Shown in pieces: positions 46,850-55,871 of a stretch of DNA of 64,000 bases. A program made the translations under genes and the position numbers. Every line of letters begins with the position of its first letter. Position 1 is the first letter of the stretch. Source of the DNA: Candidatus Sericytochromatia bacterium (lineage in GTDB: Bacteria > Cyanobacteriota > Sericytochromatia > S15B-MN24 > JAQBPE01); contig JAYKHR010000045.1 of NCBI GenBank assembly GCA_035285125.1, positions 1-64,000 on the forward strand, written 5' to 3'. Below the pieces are notes generated by a model, which saw nothing but the letters and a program-made list of their open reading frames with translations, was not told the DNA's origin and did no database searches.

Positions 46850-47371
46850 CTACAGCTTTTGGCCGGGTTTCTGCGCCTCTGCCGCGAGCGCGAGCAGCTT
46901 GGAGAGCAGCCCCTGCACGGCGGGCCGGCTGAAGCCAGCGCGCGCCAGCGCCCCGATGGCGTTGAAGGTCGCCCGCAACACCTCGGCGATGGACACGGCG
47001 CCGCGCTCGGCGAGCGCGTTGGACCGCTGCTTCGCGTGGCCCACGACCGTCAGCAAGGTCGCCTCCAACGGCGCCAGGACCCGGATGAGGCCCTCCAGCA
47101 CCCGGCGCACCACCACGACGCGCGTCTGGGACGCCAAGACCTTGAGGCGCTCCCAGCGGGGCGCCAATCGACGCCAGGCCCAGACGACGAGGCCAGCGAG
47201 GTGCCGCACCATCCAGGCCTGCAGGGCCCGCAGGCGAGGCACCACCACCCGATCCAAGAACAGCTTGGCGAGGAGGATGACGATCATCACCGCCGCCACG
47301 GCCATGTTGCGCGCGCGGGTCGCTGCCTCTTGGAGCACCTCGCCAGGCGAGTTGGATGGCTGGATGGTCAT
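46850..47371 (-). CDS. Hypothetical membrane protein
   Basis: GAAGG RBS; hydrophobic VAAVMIVILLA followed by amphipathic helices; fills the gap between rodZ and ugd. Confidence 0.55.
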   Translation of the reverse strand: MTIQPSNSPGEVLQEAATRARNMAVAAVMIVILLAKLFLDRVVVPRLRALQAWMVRHLAGLVVWAWRRLAPRWERLKVLASQTRVVVVRRVLEGLIRVLAPLEATLLTVVGHAKQRSNALAERGAVSIAEVLRATFNAIGALARAGFSRPAVQGLLSKLLALAAEAQKPGQKL

Positions 47372-47419
47372 GCCTTCGGGAGCCCCTCAGCCCTCGTCAT
47401 CACGCCCGGCGCGCAGGCC

Positions 47420-48292
47420 TCAGGGTTTGAAGACGCGGGTCACGACCTCGCCGTGGGCCCCGAGCCGTCCGGCTTCCCGGCCGTTCCGGAACACGTGGAC
47501 ACCCCCGGCGTTGCCAGCAGAGACCTCTATTTCATTGCCCTTGAAGCGGTGCATCTCGCCCCGGTTCGCGATGCCTTCCTTCACAAGGCGCCCGCCGACG
47601 CGCACCTCAATCCAGGACCGCTCCTTGAGGGCAAGCGTCAGGGAGATGGTGTCGGGCTTGGCCGTTGCCGCAGGGCTCGGGGCCTCGGTCGGCGCGACGC
47701 TTGGCGGCGCGGACGAGACCGCCGTCGCAGCCGTGGCGACAGGCTCAGCCGGGGGAGCACCAGAGGCGGGGAGGGCAGCTGAAGCCGCGGCCTCGACGGC
47801 CACGCTGCGCGTCGCCACCACGGCCTCGAGGGCAGGCGTGGCAGCGACGTCCGGGCTCACGGCCGCCACGGCGCTGGCCTCGGCCTGGCCAGGCTCGGCG
47901 GGCGACAGGGAGGGCTGGGGCGCCTCGACCACGCTGACGCGGGGTTGGAAGTACCAGGCCAGCCCGAGCAGCAGCAGCAAGAAAGCCCCGATCGCCGCGT
48001 AGTAGCCCAGCGGGCCGCTGCCCTGGCGCAGGTCCGGCAAGGGTGCCGTGGGAACCGGCGCGGGCCTGTAGAAGTCCGCCACGTCGGTGGGCGAGAGGCC
48101 CACGACCTCCGCGTACTTCTTGAGGAAGCCCCGGACGTAGAACACCTCCGGCAGGTCCGCCTCAAGGCCCTCTTCGATGGCCTTGAGGTGGCGCACGGTG
48201 ATGCGCGTACGGCTGGAGACCTCAGCCAGGCTGAGGCCCTGAGCCTCACGCGCCTGCTTCAGACGCTGTCCGACCTCGCTCAGGCTAGCCAC
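47420..48292 (-). CDS. rodZ: Cell shape protein RodZ (HTH, TM, DUF4115)
   Basis: LKQAREAQGLSL...YVRGFLKKYA; TM helix; C-terminal SWIEV..G...GNAGGV...NG. Confidence 0.88.
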   Translation of the reverse strand: MASLSEVGQRLKQAREAQGLSLAEVSSRTRITVRHLKAIEEGLEADLPEVFYVRGFLKKYAEVVGLSPTDVADFYRPAPVPTAPLPDLRQGSGPLGYYAAIGAFLLLLLGLAWYFQPRVSVVEAPQPSLSPAEPGQAEASAVAAVSPDVAATPALEAVVATRSVAVEAAASAALPASGAPPAEPVATAATAVSSAPPSVAPTEAPSPAATAKPDTISLTLALKERSWIEVRVGGRLVKEGIANRGEMHRFKGNEIEVSAGNAGGVHVFRNGREAGRLGAHGEVVTRVFKP

Positions 48293-49034
48293 GGGCCCCC
48301 CCCCGACCTTGTGTGCGCCGCGCGCTGCGCAGCAGCGCTTGGACTTCCGCTTCCAACAGTGGCCGGAACTGCCCCTCGGGAAGGTTTCCAGCCGTCATTT
48401 CACCGATGGCGACGCGCTCCAACCGGACCACGGGGTGACCGACGGCTTCCATCATACGTCGGACCTGCCGGTTTCGTCCCTCCCGGATGGTGACGGCCAG
48501 CGTGGTGGTGTCGGCGCGCCGGTCCAGGGCCTCGACGCGGGCCGGGAGGGTGGTGCCGCCCTCGAGTCGCACCCCGTCTCGCAGCGTCGTCAGCGCCGAG
48601 GCGCTCGGCCGGCCACGCACCTCGGCCACGTAGGTCTTGGCGATGCCGTGCCGCGGGTGCGTCAGCGCCTCGGTGAAGCCACCGTCGTTGGTGACGATGA
48701 GCAGGCCCGAGGTGTCGCGGTCCAGCCGCCCGACAGGGTGCAGCCCGGGCGCATAGGGCACCAACTCCAGCACGGTCTTGCGCCCCTGTGGGTCGTAGCA
48801 CGTGCTCAGGTAGCCCCGGGGCTTGTTGAGCAGGTAGTAGGCGCGTTCGGAAGCGATCAGGACAGGCCGGCCGTCGACCTCCACGCGGTCCACCGCCGGG
48901 TCGGCCTGGGCGCCGAGTTGCGTCACCACGACGCCGTTGACGGCCACCCGGCCCGCCACGATCAGCGCCTCGCTGTGGCGCCTGGAGGCGATGCCGGCCT
49001 GGGCAAGGATCTTCTGCAGGCGTTGGGCAGGCAT
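48285..49034 (-). CDS. rluB: RsuA/RluB-family pseudouridine synthase
   Basis: S4 domain RLQKILAQAGIASRR, LNKPRG, GRLDRDTSGL, EGRNRQVRRM. Confidence 0.88.
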   Translation of the reverse strand: MPAQRLQKILAQAGIASRRHSEALIVAGRVAVNGVVVTQLGAQADPAVDRVEVDGRPVLIASERAYYLLNKPRGYLSTCYDPQGRKTVLELVPYAPGLHPVGRLDRDTSGLLIVTNDGGFTEALTHPRHGIAKTYVAEVRGRPSASALTTLRDGVRLEGGTTLPARVEALDRRADTTTLAVTIREGRNRQVRRMMEAVGHPVVRLERVAIGEMTAGNLPEGQFRPLLEAEVQALLRSARRTQGRGGARG

Positions 49035-49103
49035 GGCTCAGGGGCTAGTCAGGGGGGGCCGGGTCATCGTAGGGGGAGCGCGTCGGGAGATCGGTGGCGG
49101 GGC

Positions 49104-50141
49104 TCACGAGCCGGCCGGACGCAGCCGGCCTGTGCCGTCGTACTGGTTGAGGCCCATCGCCTCGCGCACGCGCTCCACGGTCTCTGCCGTGACGGCCCGG
49201 GCCCGCTGGTTCCCAGCCGCCACGATGTCGTCGAGGCGATCGGGATCGGCCGCCAGCACCGCCCGCCGCTCGCGCATCGGCTCGAGCATCGCGTTGATGC
49301 GCCCGGCCATGTCGCGCTTGCACTGGACGCAGCCGACCTCGCCAGCCCGGCAGGCCGCCGCCACCGCGGGCGCCTCCGCCGGGGCGTAGGTCTCCCAGCC
49401 GGTGTAGATCGCACACACCTCGGGGTGGCCCGGGTCGGTCTTGCGCGCCCGCGACGGGTCTGTCACGGTGCTCAGGACCTTCTGCGTGACGGCCTCGGCC
49501 GGGTCTCCGAGCTTGATGTCGTTGCCGTAGCTCTTGCTCATCTTGCGCCCGTCGAGGCCGAAGACCACGGGCATCGGGGCCAACAGCGGCCGCGGCTCCG
49601 GGAAGAGCTCCACGCCGAACTGGTGGTTGAAGCGCCGGGCGATGTCCCGCGAGATCTCCAGGTGGGCCACCTGGTCTTCCCCGACGGGCACCAGCGCCCC
49701 CAGCACGCCCAGGATGTCGGCCGTCTGCAAGGCCGGGTAACCCAGCAGGCCATAGCTGACGGTGTCCTCGGCCATGTGGAGCTCCCGCACCATCTCCTTG
49801 AGCGTCGGGTCGCGCTGGAGCCAGTTGACGGGCGTGACCATCGAGAGCAGCAGGTGCAGCTCAGCGGTCTCGAGCACCGCGGACTGGACGTAGATGGTGG
49901 CCTTGTCGGGGTCCACGCCTGCGGCCAGCCAGTCGAGCACGATGGCCCGGGTGTGCGCGCGCAGGTGCTCGGTCTTGCCGAGGCCCGTGGTGAGCATGTG
50001 CCAGTCGGCGGCCGCGAAGAAGCAGTCGTAGCTGTCCTGAAGGCGCGTCCAGTTGACGAGCACGCCGAGGTGGTGCCCCACGTGCAGCGTGCCCGTGGTG
50101 CGCATTCCACTCATGACGCGTTGTCTGGCCACGGACCGCAT
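49104..50141 (-). CDS. trpS: Tryptophanyl-tRNA synthetase
   Basis: SGMRTTGTLHVGH (HIGH), GYPALQTADIL, VPVGEDQ, KMSKS. Confidence 0.96.
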   Translation of the reverse strand: MRSVARQRVMSGMRTTGTLHVGHHLGVLVNWTRLQDSYDCFFAAADWHMLTTGLGKTEHLRAHTRAIVLDWLAAGVDPDKATIYVQSAVLETAELHLLLSMVTPVNWLQRDPTLKEMVRELHMAEDTVSYGLLGYPALQTADILGVLGALVPVGEDQVAHLEISRDIARRFNHQFGVELFPEPRPLLAPMPVVFGLDGRKMSKSYGNDIKLGDPAEAVTQKVLSTVTDPSRARKTDPGHPEVCAIYTGWETYAPAEAPAVAAACRAGEVGCVQCKRDMAGRINAMLEPMRERRAVLAADPDRLDDIVAAGNQRARAVTAETVERVREAMGLNQYDGTGRLRPAGS

Positions 50142-50260
50142 CCTCTCTCGACGGGGCCTCATCATACCCCCGGCCTGGCCTGCCGGCAATGTGCCGGCTT
50201 GTGCCTGGCCCGGGGCACAGGGTACAACGTTCGCGGCATCGATGAGAAAGGCACCTTCGT

Positions 50261-51121
50261 ATGTACGGCCCCTCGACCAAGTCCACGCGCGCCCCCGTCA
50301 CCGTGCACGAACTCCAGGCCATGCGCGCACGCGGCGAGCGGATCGTGGCGCTCACGGCCTATGACCACACGACGGCCCGCATCGCCGACGAGGCCGGCGT
50401 CGACGTGCTGCTGGTCGGGGACTCGCTCGGCATGGTGGTGCTCGGCTACGACAGCACGCTGCCCGTGACGATGGAGGAGATGCTGCATCACACCCGGGCC
50501 GTGGCGCGCGGCACCCGGCGGGCCTGGGTGATCGGCGACATGCCGTTCATGGCCTACCACGCGAGCGTGGAGGAGGCCGTCCGCAACGCCGGCAGGTTCT
50601 TGAAGGAGGGTGGGGCCAAGGCTGTGAAGCTCGAGGGCGGCCAACCGCACCAGCTTGCCTGCATCCGCGCCATCACGCAGGCCGGCATCCCGCTGGTGGC
50701 CCACCTCGGCTTCACGCCCCAGGCCGTCCATGCCATCGGGCTGCGCGTGCAGGCCAAGACGACGACGGGCATCGAGGCGCTGATCGCCGAGGCCGCCGCC
50801 GTGGAGGCCGCGGGCGCCTCGGCCCTGGTGCTGGAGCTGGTCCCGGCGGAGGTTGCCGAGCGCGTCACGGCCCACGTCGGCATCCCCACCATCGGCATCG
50901 GGGCCGGCGCGGGCTGCAGCGGCCAGATCCAGGTGGTGCACGACTTGCTGGGGCTGGACCCGACCTTCCTGCCCCGGCACGCCAAGCGATACGCCACGCT
51001 CCACGAGCCAATGGTGCAGGCCATGTCGGACTATGCGGCGGACGTCCGCGCGGGGCAGTTCCCGGAAGCAGGCCACAGCGCCCACGTGAACGTCTCGGCC
51101 CTGCCCCCCGTGGAGGCCTAG
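50261..51121 (+). CDS. panB: 3-methyl-2-oxobutanoate hydroxymethyltransferase
   Basis: LTAYD, LLVGDSLG, GDMPF, VKLEGG, HLGFTPQ, IGIGAG. Confidence 0.96.
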   Translation: MYGPSTKSTRAPVTVHELQAMRARGERIVALTAYDHTTARIADEAGVDVLLVGDSLGMVVLGYDSTLPVTMEEMLHHTRAVARGTRRAWVIGDMPFMAYHASVEEAVRNAGRFLKEGGAKAVKLEGGQPHQLACIRAITQAGIPLVAHLGFTPQAVHAIGLRVQAKTTTGIEALIAEAAAVEAAGASALVLELVPAEVAERVTAHVGIPTIGIGAGAGCSGQIQVVHDLLGLDPTFLPRHAKRYATLHEPMVQAMSDYAADVRAGQFPEAGHSAHVNVSALPPVEA

Positions 51122-51150
51122 GCGCTCAGCCGTCTGGTATGATGAAGCCG

Positions 51151-51354
51151 ATGACCGCCACCAGCAACCTCCCCGACGCCCTCCCGCCCGCCGCCGACTG
51201 GAACTGGCGCGCCGAGCTCGCGGCCCTCGAGGCCAAGATGGCCCACGTGGCCTCGCGGTCGAGCTGGGACTGGCGCCAGGCCCTCGCTGACATCGAGGCG
51301 GACCTGGAGCGGATCGCCGCCCGGCTCTCCACGCCGCCTCAAGCCACGTCCTGA
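51151..51354 (+). CDS. Small hypothetical protein with an internal repeat (probably leaderless)
   Basis: TGG-TATGAT lies 7 nt before the ATG; two similar helices WNWRAELAALEA and WDWRQALADIEA. Confidence 0.55.
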   Translation: MTATSNLPDALPPAADWNWRAELAALEAKMAHVASRSSWDWRQALADIEADLERIAARLSTPPQATS

Positions 51355-51363
51355 GGCTCGGCC

Positions 51364-52881
51364 TCAGCCTGCCCCGCGACGGGCCCCGAGCGCCGCGTCA
51401 GGGGTGGCCTCCAGGGGCAGCCCGAAGGCGGCCAGCACCAACCCGTACACGTCCGTCAGCCGCGGCCTGGCGGGCATGGGCACGCCCACCGTCACCAGCG
51501 GCACCCAGGAGTCGAGGGCGTGGAGGGAGCCGTGGTTCCCGCGCCCCATCGGAAAGCCCGAGGTGAACTCGTGGCCGAGCCGCGCCGTTAGCACAAGCGT
51601 GGCCGCCTGGGGGGTGGACAGGGCTGAGGTCGCGCGCGCAAGCGCGTTGGGGTAGGCCCCCTCCTCGATGCGATCGCCCCGGACCACCAAGTCGAAGACC
51701 CCCCCGGCTCCCCGCAGCGTCCAGGTGCCGCCCCAAGGGTCGCGCACCGGGCCGCCAGGCTGCCAGGCCAGCCTGGCCCCCGAGGCAGGCTGCCAGGCAT
51801 GGCATGCGTCGCCGTCGCACCAGAGGACCTGGTCCACCGCGGGCCAGGCGCCCACCTCATCGAGGACCTCCTCCCGCAGCCGCCGGGCGTCCTCCTGGAA
51901 GTAGAACCAGCACATGCGGTCATTCGGAGCGACGGCAAAATCGCAGGCCTGCCCCCGCAGCCCCCCGTCACGCAGCGAGGCGACCCGGTGGCGCGGGAAC
52001 ATCTTGAAGACGTTGATGGCATGGCCCGGGCGCCAGGGGTGGGTGTCGCTCTGGCTGTGGTCCCCCACCAGGATCCAGCGCGCCTCCCGCACGGCCTGGT
52101 CCCACGAGCCGTAGGCCGCCAGGAGGCGGGCAAGCTCGCCGTCGACGCGGCGCAGGCTCCACCCGATGCGGGCGGGCCCGTGGTGGTGGGTCCGCAGGTC
52201 GTTCTCGTTGAAGTAGGTCAGCACGAAGCGGGGACGGGCCTTGCGGATGAGCGCCACCGTCTCGGTCGCCGCAGTGTGGTCGTTGAAGCCGTACTTGTGC
52301 CAGGGGCCGCCGCGCGGCGTGCTGGCGCCCCGCAGCATGTCTCCGAAGCGCAGGTGGGTCGGCCCGCGGAGCGCGAGCTCGGCCGGTAACCCCCCGGCCC
52401 AGGCCAGGCCTCTTGGCACCCGCGCGCGGTGCAGGCAGGGCCCGCGCGAGACGGGGAAGTTCACGCTCGCGGCCTCGACGCCGGCCGCCTCCAGGCGCTC
52501 GAAGATCGTCAGCGCCTGGGGGCTCAGATGCTCGCCGTTGAGGCGGAGCAGGAAGTCTCCGATCACGCGGGAGAGGGTGCCCCAGACCAGAGACTGGGGG
52601 TACGGCCAGTAGTGGACGTAGCGATCGGGCGACCGGTCGTACCAGAGCACGCCCGTGATGTGGTTGTGGTCCGGCCCCCCGCCCGTGGCGATGGCCGCCA
52701 GGCAGGCGGGCGTGACCGAGGGGAACACGCTCGCGCATCGCAGGTCCATCGCCCCGTGCGCGACGAGATGCGCCAGGGCCGGCAGCCGTCCGGCCGCGAG
52801 CTCGGCCGCTACCGTGGTTGGCACCCAGCTGTCCACCACGATCAGGTGGACAGGCCGCTCATCGGGAACCCCCTGGCGCAT
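51364..52881 (-). CDS. Alkaline phosphatase superfamily (type I phosphodiesterase/NPP-like)
   Basis: IVVDS, FPSVT nucleophile, ENDLRTHHHG, GDHSQ, GNHGS. Confidence 0.85.
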   Translation of the reverse strand: MRQGVPDERPVHLIVVDSWVPTTVAAELAAGRLPALAHLVAHGAMDLRCASVFPSVTPACLAAIATGGGPDHNHITGVLWYDRSPDRYVHYWPYPQSLVWGTLSRVIGDFLLRLNGEHLSPQALTIFERLEAAGVEAASVNFPVSRGPCLHRARVPRGLAWAGGLPAELALRGPTHLRFGDMLRGASTPRGGPWHKYGFNDHTAATETVALIRKARPRFVLTYFNENDLRTHHHGPARIGWSLRRVDGELARLLAAYGSWDQAVREARWILVGDHSQSDTHPWRPGHAINVFKMFPRHRVASLRDGGLRGQACDFAVAPNDRMCWFYFQEDARRLREEVLDEVGAWPAVDQVLWCDGDACHAWQPASGARLAWQPGGPVRDPWGGTWTLRGAGGVFDLVVRGDRIEEGAYPNALARATSALSTPQAATLVLTARLGHEFTSGFPMGRGNHGSLHALDSWVPLVTVGVPMPARPRLTDVYGLVLAAFGLPLEATPDAALGARRGAG

Positions 52882-52980
52882 CCCTCGCCCTCCCGGGCCA
52901 CCCCAGGCCCCGTGCGCCACGAGTGTAGGGTGCAGCCCGGCAAAGGCTTGCAGGCGGGCGGGCCTTGCGGCCCAAACGCC

Positions 52981-53010
52981 GGCCGGGGGACCCGTCAGGG
53001 TCCCCCGGCC
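52981..53010 (-). terminator. 13-bp hairpin downstream of the 53089-53697 gene
   Basis: GGCCGGGGGACCC-4nt-GGGTCCCCCGGCC perfect stem, followed by GGCGTTT on the - strand. Confidence 0.65.
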
Positions 53011-53088
53011 GTGCGTGTGTGTGAGAGAGAGAGGAACGCGGAGGTGGTCAAAAAACTTGGTTCAGGTGGCGCCCCCCTCGAATCCCCG

Positions 53089-53697
53089 TCACTGGACCTT
53101 GGGCTTCTCCGTGGTGCCAGGCTTGTCGCCGCCGAAGAGGTTCGTCAGGCCGTCCGCCATCTTCTGGTCGATGCCGGTCTTCTTGATGATCTTGTTCAGC
53201 ACGAAGTGGGTGCCGACCAGGCCCACAAGGCCGACGCCGATGCCGACGAAGGGCAGGATGGCAGGCGAGATCGGCAGCAGGCCCATCAGCGGGCCCGTCG
53301 CGATCGACAGGCACTGGACCATCGCGCCGGCCATGATGCCCTTGCCGATGCCGAACGAGGCCTCGGTGGTCACGTTGGCGCCGGCCCGGGCCGCCGAGAT
53401 CTTGTCGCTCGTGACGTCGCGGACGTTGCGGATGGCGGAGGGGACGACGAACCAGGCGATGTTGGTGAGGCTGAAGCCCGACCGGATGCTCGACTTGAAG
53501 ATGTCGACGATGACGGGCGGGGTGAACGCGACCTTGCCGGCGGCCTGGCCGACGGCAGCCCCCGTGCGGACCACGTCGATGGTGTTGATGAGCGACGGCT
53601 GCATCGCGGCGACGGGCGAAAGCTGGTTCGCGGGCGGCGTAGCGGCCTGCGCCTTGGGCGCGGCGATCGGGCGGGACGCGGTGACGGTGGCGGGCAT
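53089..53697 (-). CDS. Hypothetical protein with Gly-rich hydrophobic C-terminal helices
   Basis: GGAGGA RBS, strong GC3 bias, own promoter region and terminator; no family recognised. Confidence 0.75.
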   Translation of the reverse strand: MPATVTASRPIAAPKAQAATPPANQLSPVAAMQPSLINTIDVVRTGAAVGQAAGKVAFTPPVIVDIFKSSIRSGFSLTNIAWFVVPSAIRNVRDVTSDKISAARAGANVTTEASFGIGKGIMAGAMVQCLSIATGPLMGLLPISPAILPFVGIGVGLVGLVGTHFVLNKIIKKTGIDQKMADGLTNLFGGDKPGTTEKPKVQ

Positions 53698-53982
53698 CGT
53701 TCCTCCGAATGTCGGGCCTGGCAGCCCGCGGCTCTCTCACCAGTTCTTGGTTTTAATTTAGGCTTAAGCCCGCTAAAACTTGCCTTTAAAATTGAAATAT
53801 TAACCACCCCATATCCATTTTTTAACCACGACTCCGCCTGAAGGCGGCCCAAACCCGGTTCTCTGGCTGAGATCGGGCCTCCGCCCCCTGCCGCCCTCCG
53901 CCAGGCCGGCCCGCTTGCCGCCTCCCCTCTGCGGGGCCGGCGGCTATGGTGGATGCGACCACCGCCAGGCCGAGGGGGGCGC

Positions 53983-55104
53983 ATGCGGATCGCGATCCTG
54001 GGCAAGAAGCACCCCTTCTGCGGCATCGTGACCTACTGCCGCGAGCTAGCCAGCGGCCTGCGCGAGGCCGGCCACGAGGTGCTGCTGTGCCACGTGCACG
54101 ACGGGCCAAGCCCGGACGAGGCCGAGGTGGCGCTGCCGTTGATGTGGCGCACGCCGCTCTTCGTGGTGCCGTCCCCTCGGGCCCTCGGGCAGCTGGAGGC
54201 CCGGCTGCGCCGGTTTCAGCCGGACCTCGTGCACGCCTCGTTCGCGCTCGGGCCGCTCGACTGGGCCCTGCCGGGGCTCTGTCGCAGGCTGGGCGTCCCG
54301 CTGGTGGCGACGGTGCACGTGGCCCTCGACCACCGGCCGAGCCTCCCTGGTCGCGTCTCGGACCTCGTCTACCGGGCCTATGGCCCGACGCTGCGGCGCT
54401 GCGAGCTCGTGATCGTGTTCTCGGAGGCGCAGGCTGCCCGGGTGCGCCAGGCCCAGGTGGCGCCCGGCCGCATCGCGGTGCTGCCCCACGGCGTCGACGT
54501 GCAGCGGTACGCCCCGGGGCCCAGCCTGTACCGCGCGACGCTGCACGCCCGGGCCCTGGTCTGCTACATGGGGCGCATCGACGCGGAAAAGAACGTCGGC
54601 ACGCTGCTTGAGGCCTGGCGTCGCCTCGGCCCCCCTGCCGACAGCCACCTGGCCCTGATCGGGGACGGCTACATGCGGGCCGGCCTGGAGGCCCGCCACC
54701 GGGGCCTGGCGCGCGTCCACTGGCTGGGCTTCGTGGCTGACGAGGCCCGTCGCATCGACATCCTGCGGGGGGCGGAGGTGTTCGTGCTGCCCTCCAGCGT
54801 CGAGGGGCTGTCGCTGGCGCTGCTGGAGGCGATGGCCTGCGGCGCGGCCCCCGTTGCGACGGACGTGGGCGCCGACGGGGAGGTGATCGCGGGCGTCGGG
54901 CGGACCCTCGACCCCCGCAGGCTGGACCAGGCCCTGGCGCCCGCGCTCGGCGGGCTGCTCGCGCAGCCGAACGAGCTGGCCCGGCTGCGCCGCCTGAGCC
55001 GGGCCCGGGTGGAAACCCACTACGCCCACCAGGAGAACATGCAGCGCCTACAGCGCCTCTACGAGGGGGTGGCGGGCCGGCGCCGGCCTCTGGCGCAACA
55101 GTGA
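53983..55104 (+). CDS. GT4 glycosyltransferase resembling cyanobacterial DgdA (DGDG synthase)
   Basis: N-terminus MRIAILGKKHPFCGIVTY.RE, PDLVHAS..L.PLD..LP, GRIDAEKNV, LPSSVEGLSLALLEAMACG, ATDVGADGEV. Confidence 0.8.
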   Translation: MRIAILGKKHPFCGIVTYCRELASGLREAGHEVLLCHVHDGPSPDEAEVALPLMWRTPLFVVPSPRALGQLEARLRRFQPDLVHASFALGPLDWALPGLCRRLGVPLVATVHVALDHRPSLPGRVSDLVYRAYGPTLRRCELVIVFSEAQAARVRQAQVAPGRIAVLPHGVDVQRYAPGPSLYRATLHARALVCYMGRIDAEKNVGTLLEAWRRLGPPADSHLALIGDGYMRAGLEARHRGLARVHWLGFVADEARRIDILRGAEVFVLPSSVEGLSLALLEAMACGAAPVATDVGADGEVIAGVGRTLDPRRLDQALAPALGGLLAQPNELARLRRLSRARVETHYAHQENMQRLQRLYEGVAGRRRPLAQQ

Positions 55105-55128
55105 AGCTGGCTGCTACAATGCCGCCTC

Positions 55129-55818
55129 ATGCGCACGTGTATCACTTCCACCCTCGCATGGTCGCTCCTGACCTGCAGCCTGGCGCTCGGAGCCCCCGAT
55201 GCGCTTGCGATGGGCGGCAAGGCGCGGTCCACGCCGGCGCCGGCGGACCGGTTCCCCGGCGCCTCGATCGCCGACATGGAAGAGAACGCGGGGCACCTGC
55301 TTCACCTGGGGGCGCGCCTGAGCTTCGAGACCAGCCGCGGCAGCTTCACCTTCGTGACGTTTCCGCGGGAAGCCCCGCGCACCGTGGAGCAGATCGTCAG
55401 GCTGACGCGCAGCGGCTTCTACAACGGGCTGCTGGTGCACCGGCTCGTGTCGCAGACGGTGGTGCAGTTCGGCAACCCCAAGACGCGCACCCTGCCAGCC
55501 TCGCACCCCGACGTGGGGAAGGGGGGCGGCTCCGGCAAGACCATTCCGCCAGAGTTCAAGGGCCAGACGGTGCGGTACCTGGCAGGGACGGTGGGGCTCG
55601 CCCACGGCGCAGACCCCAACTCGGGTGACAGCCAGATGTTCATCACCACCAACGACGCACCCTACCTGGACGAGTCGTACACCGTGTTCGGCCAGGTCGT
55701 GACGGGCATGGACGTGGTGCGAAGCCTTCAGATCGGCGACAAGATCCTCAAGGCCGTGGTGGCCAAGGAAGACCCCGCGCTCCAGGCGACGCCGACGCCC
55801 GCAACCCCGCCGTCTTGA
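55129..55818 (+). CDS. Exported cyclophilin-type peptidyl-prolyl isomerase
   Basis: Signal peptide; APRTV, GFYNGL..HR, GTVGLA, SQMFI, LDESYTVFGQV..GMDVV. Confidence 0.88.
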   Translation: MRTCITSTLAWSLLTCSLALGAPDALAMGGKARSTPAPADRFPGASIADMEENAGHLLHLGARLSFETSRGSFTFVTFPREAPRTVEQIVRLTRSGFYNGLLVHRLVSQTVVQFGNPKTRTLPASHPDVGKGGGSGKTIPPEFKGQTVRYLAGTVGLAHGADPNSGDSQMFITTNDAPYLDESYTVFGQVVTGMDVVRSLQIGDKILKAVVAKEDPALQATPTPATPPS

Positions 55819-55871
55819 CGCCAGCGCCTCGGTCCCGCCTCGCAGAGGTTCGCTGAGCCCCCTGGCTGCCG

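Noticed and set aside
53775..53790. sigma54 promoter in the AT-rich region
   Set aside because: GG-to-GC spacing on the - strand is 9 nt rather than the required 10.
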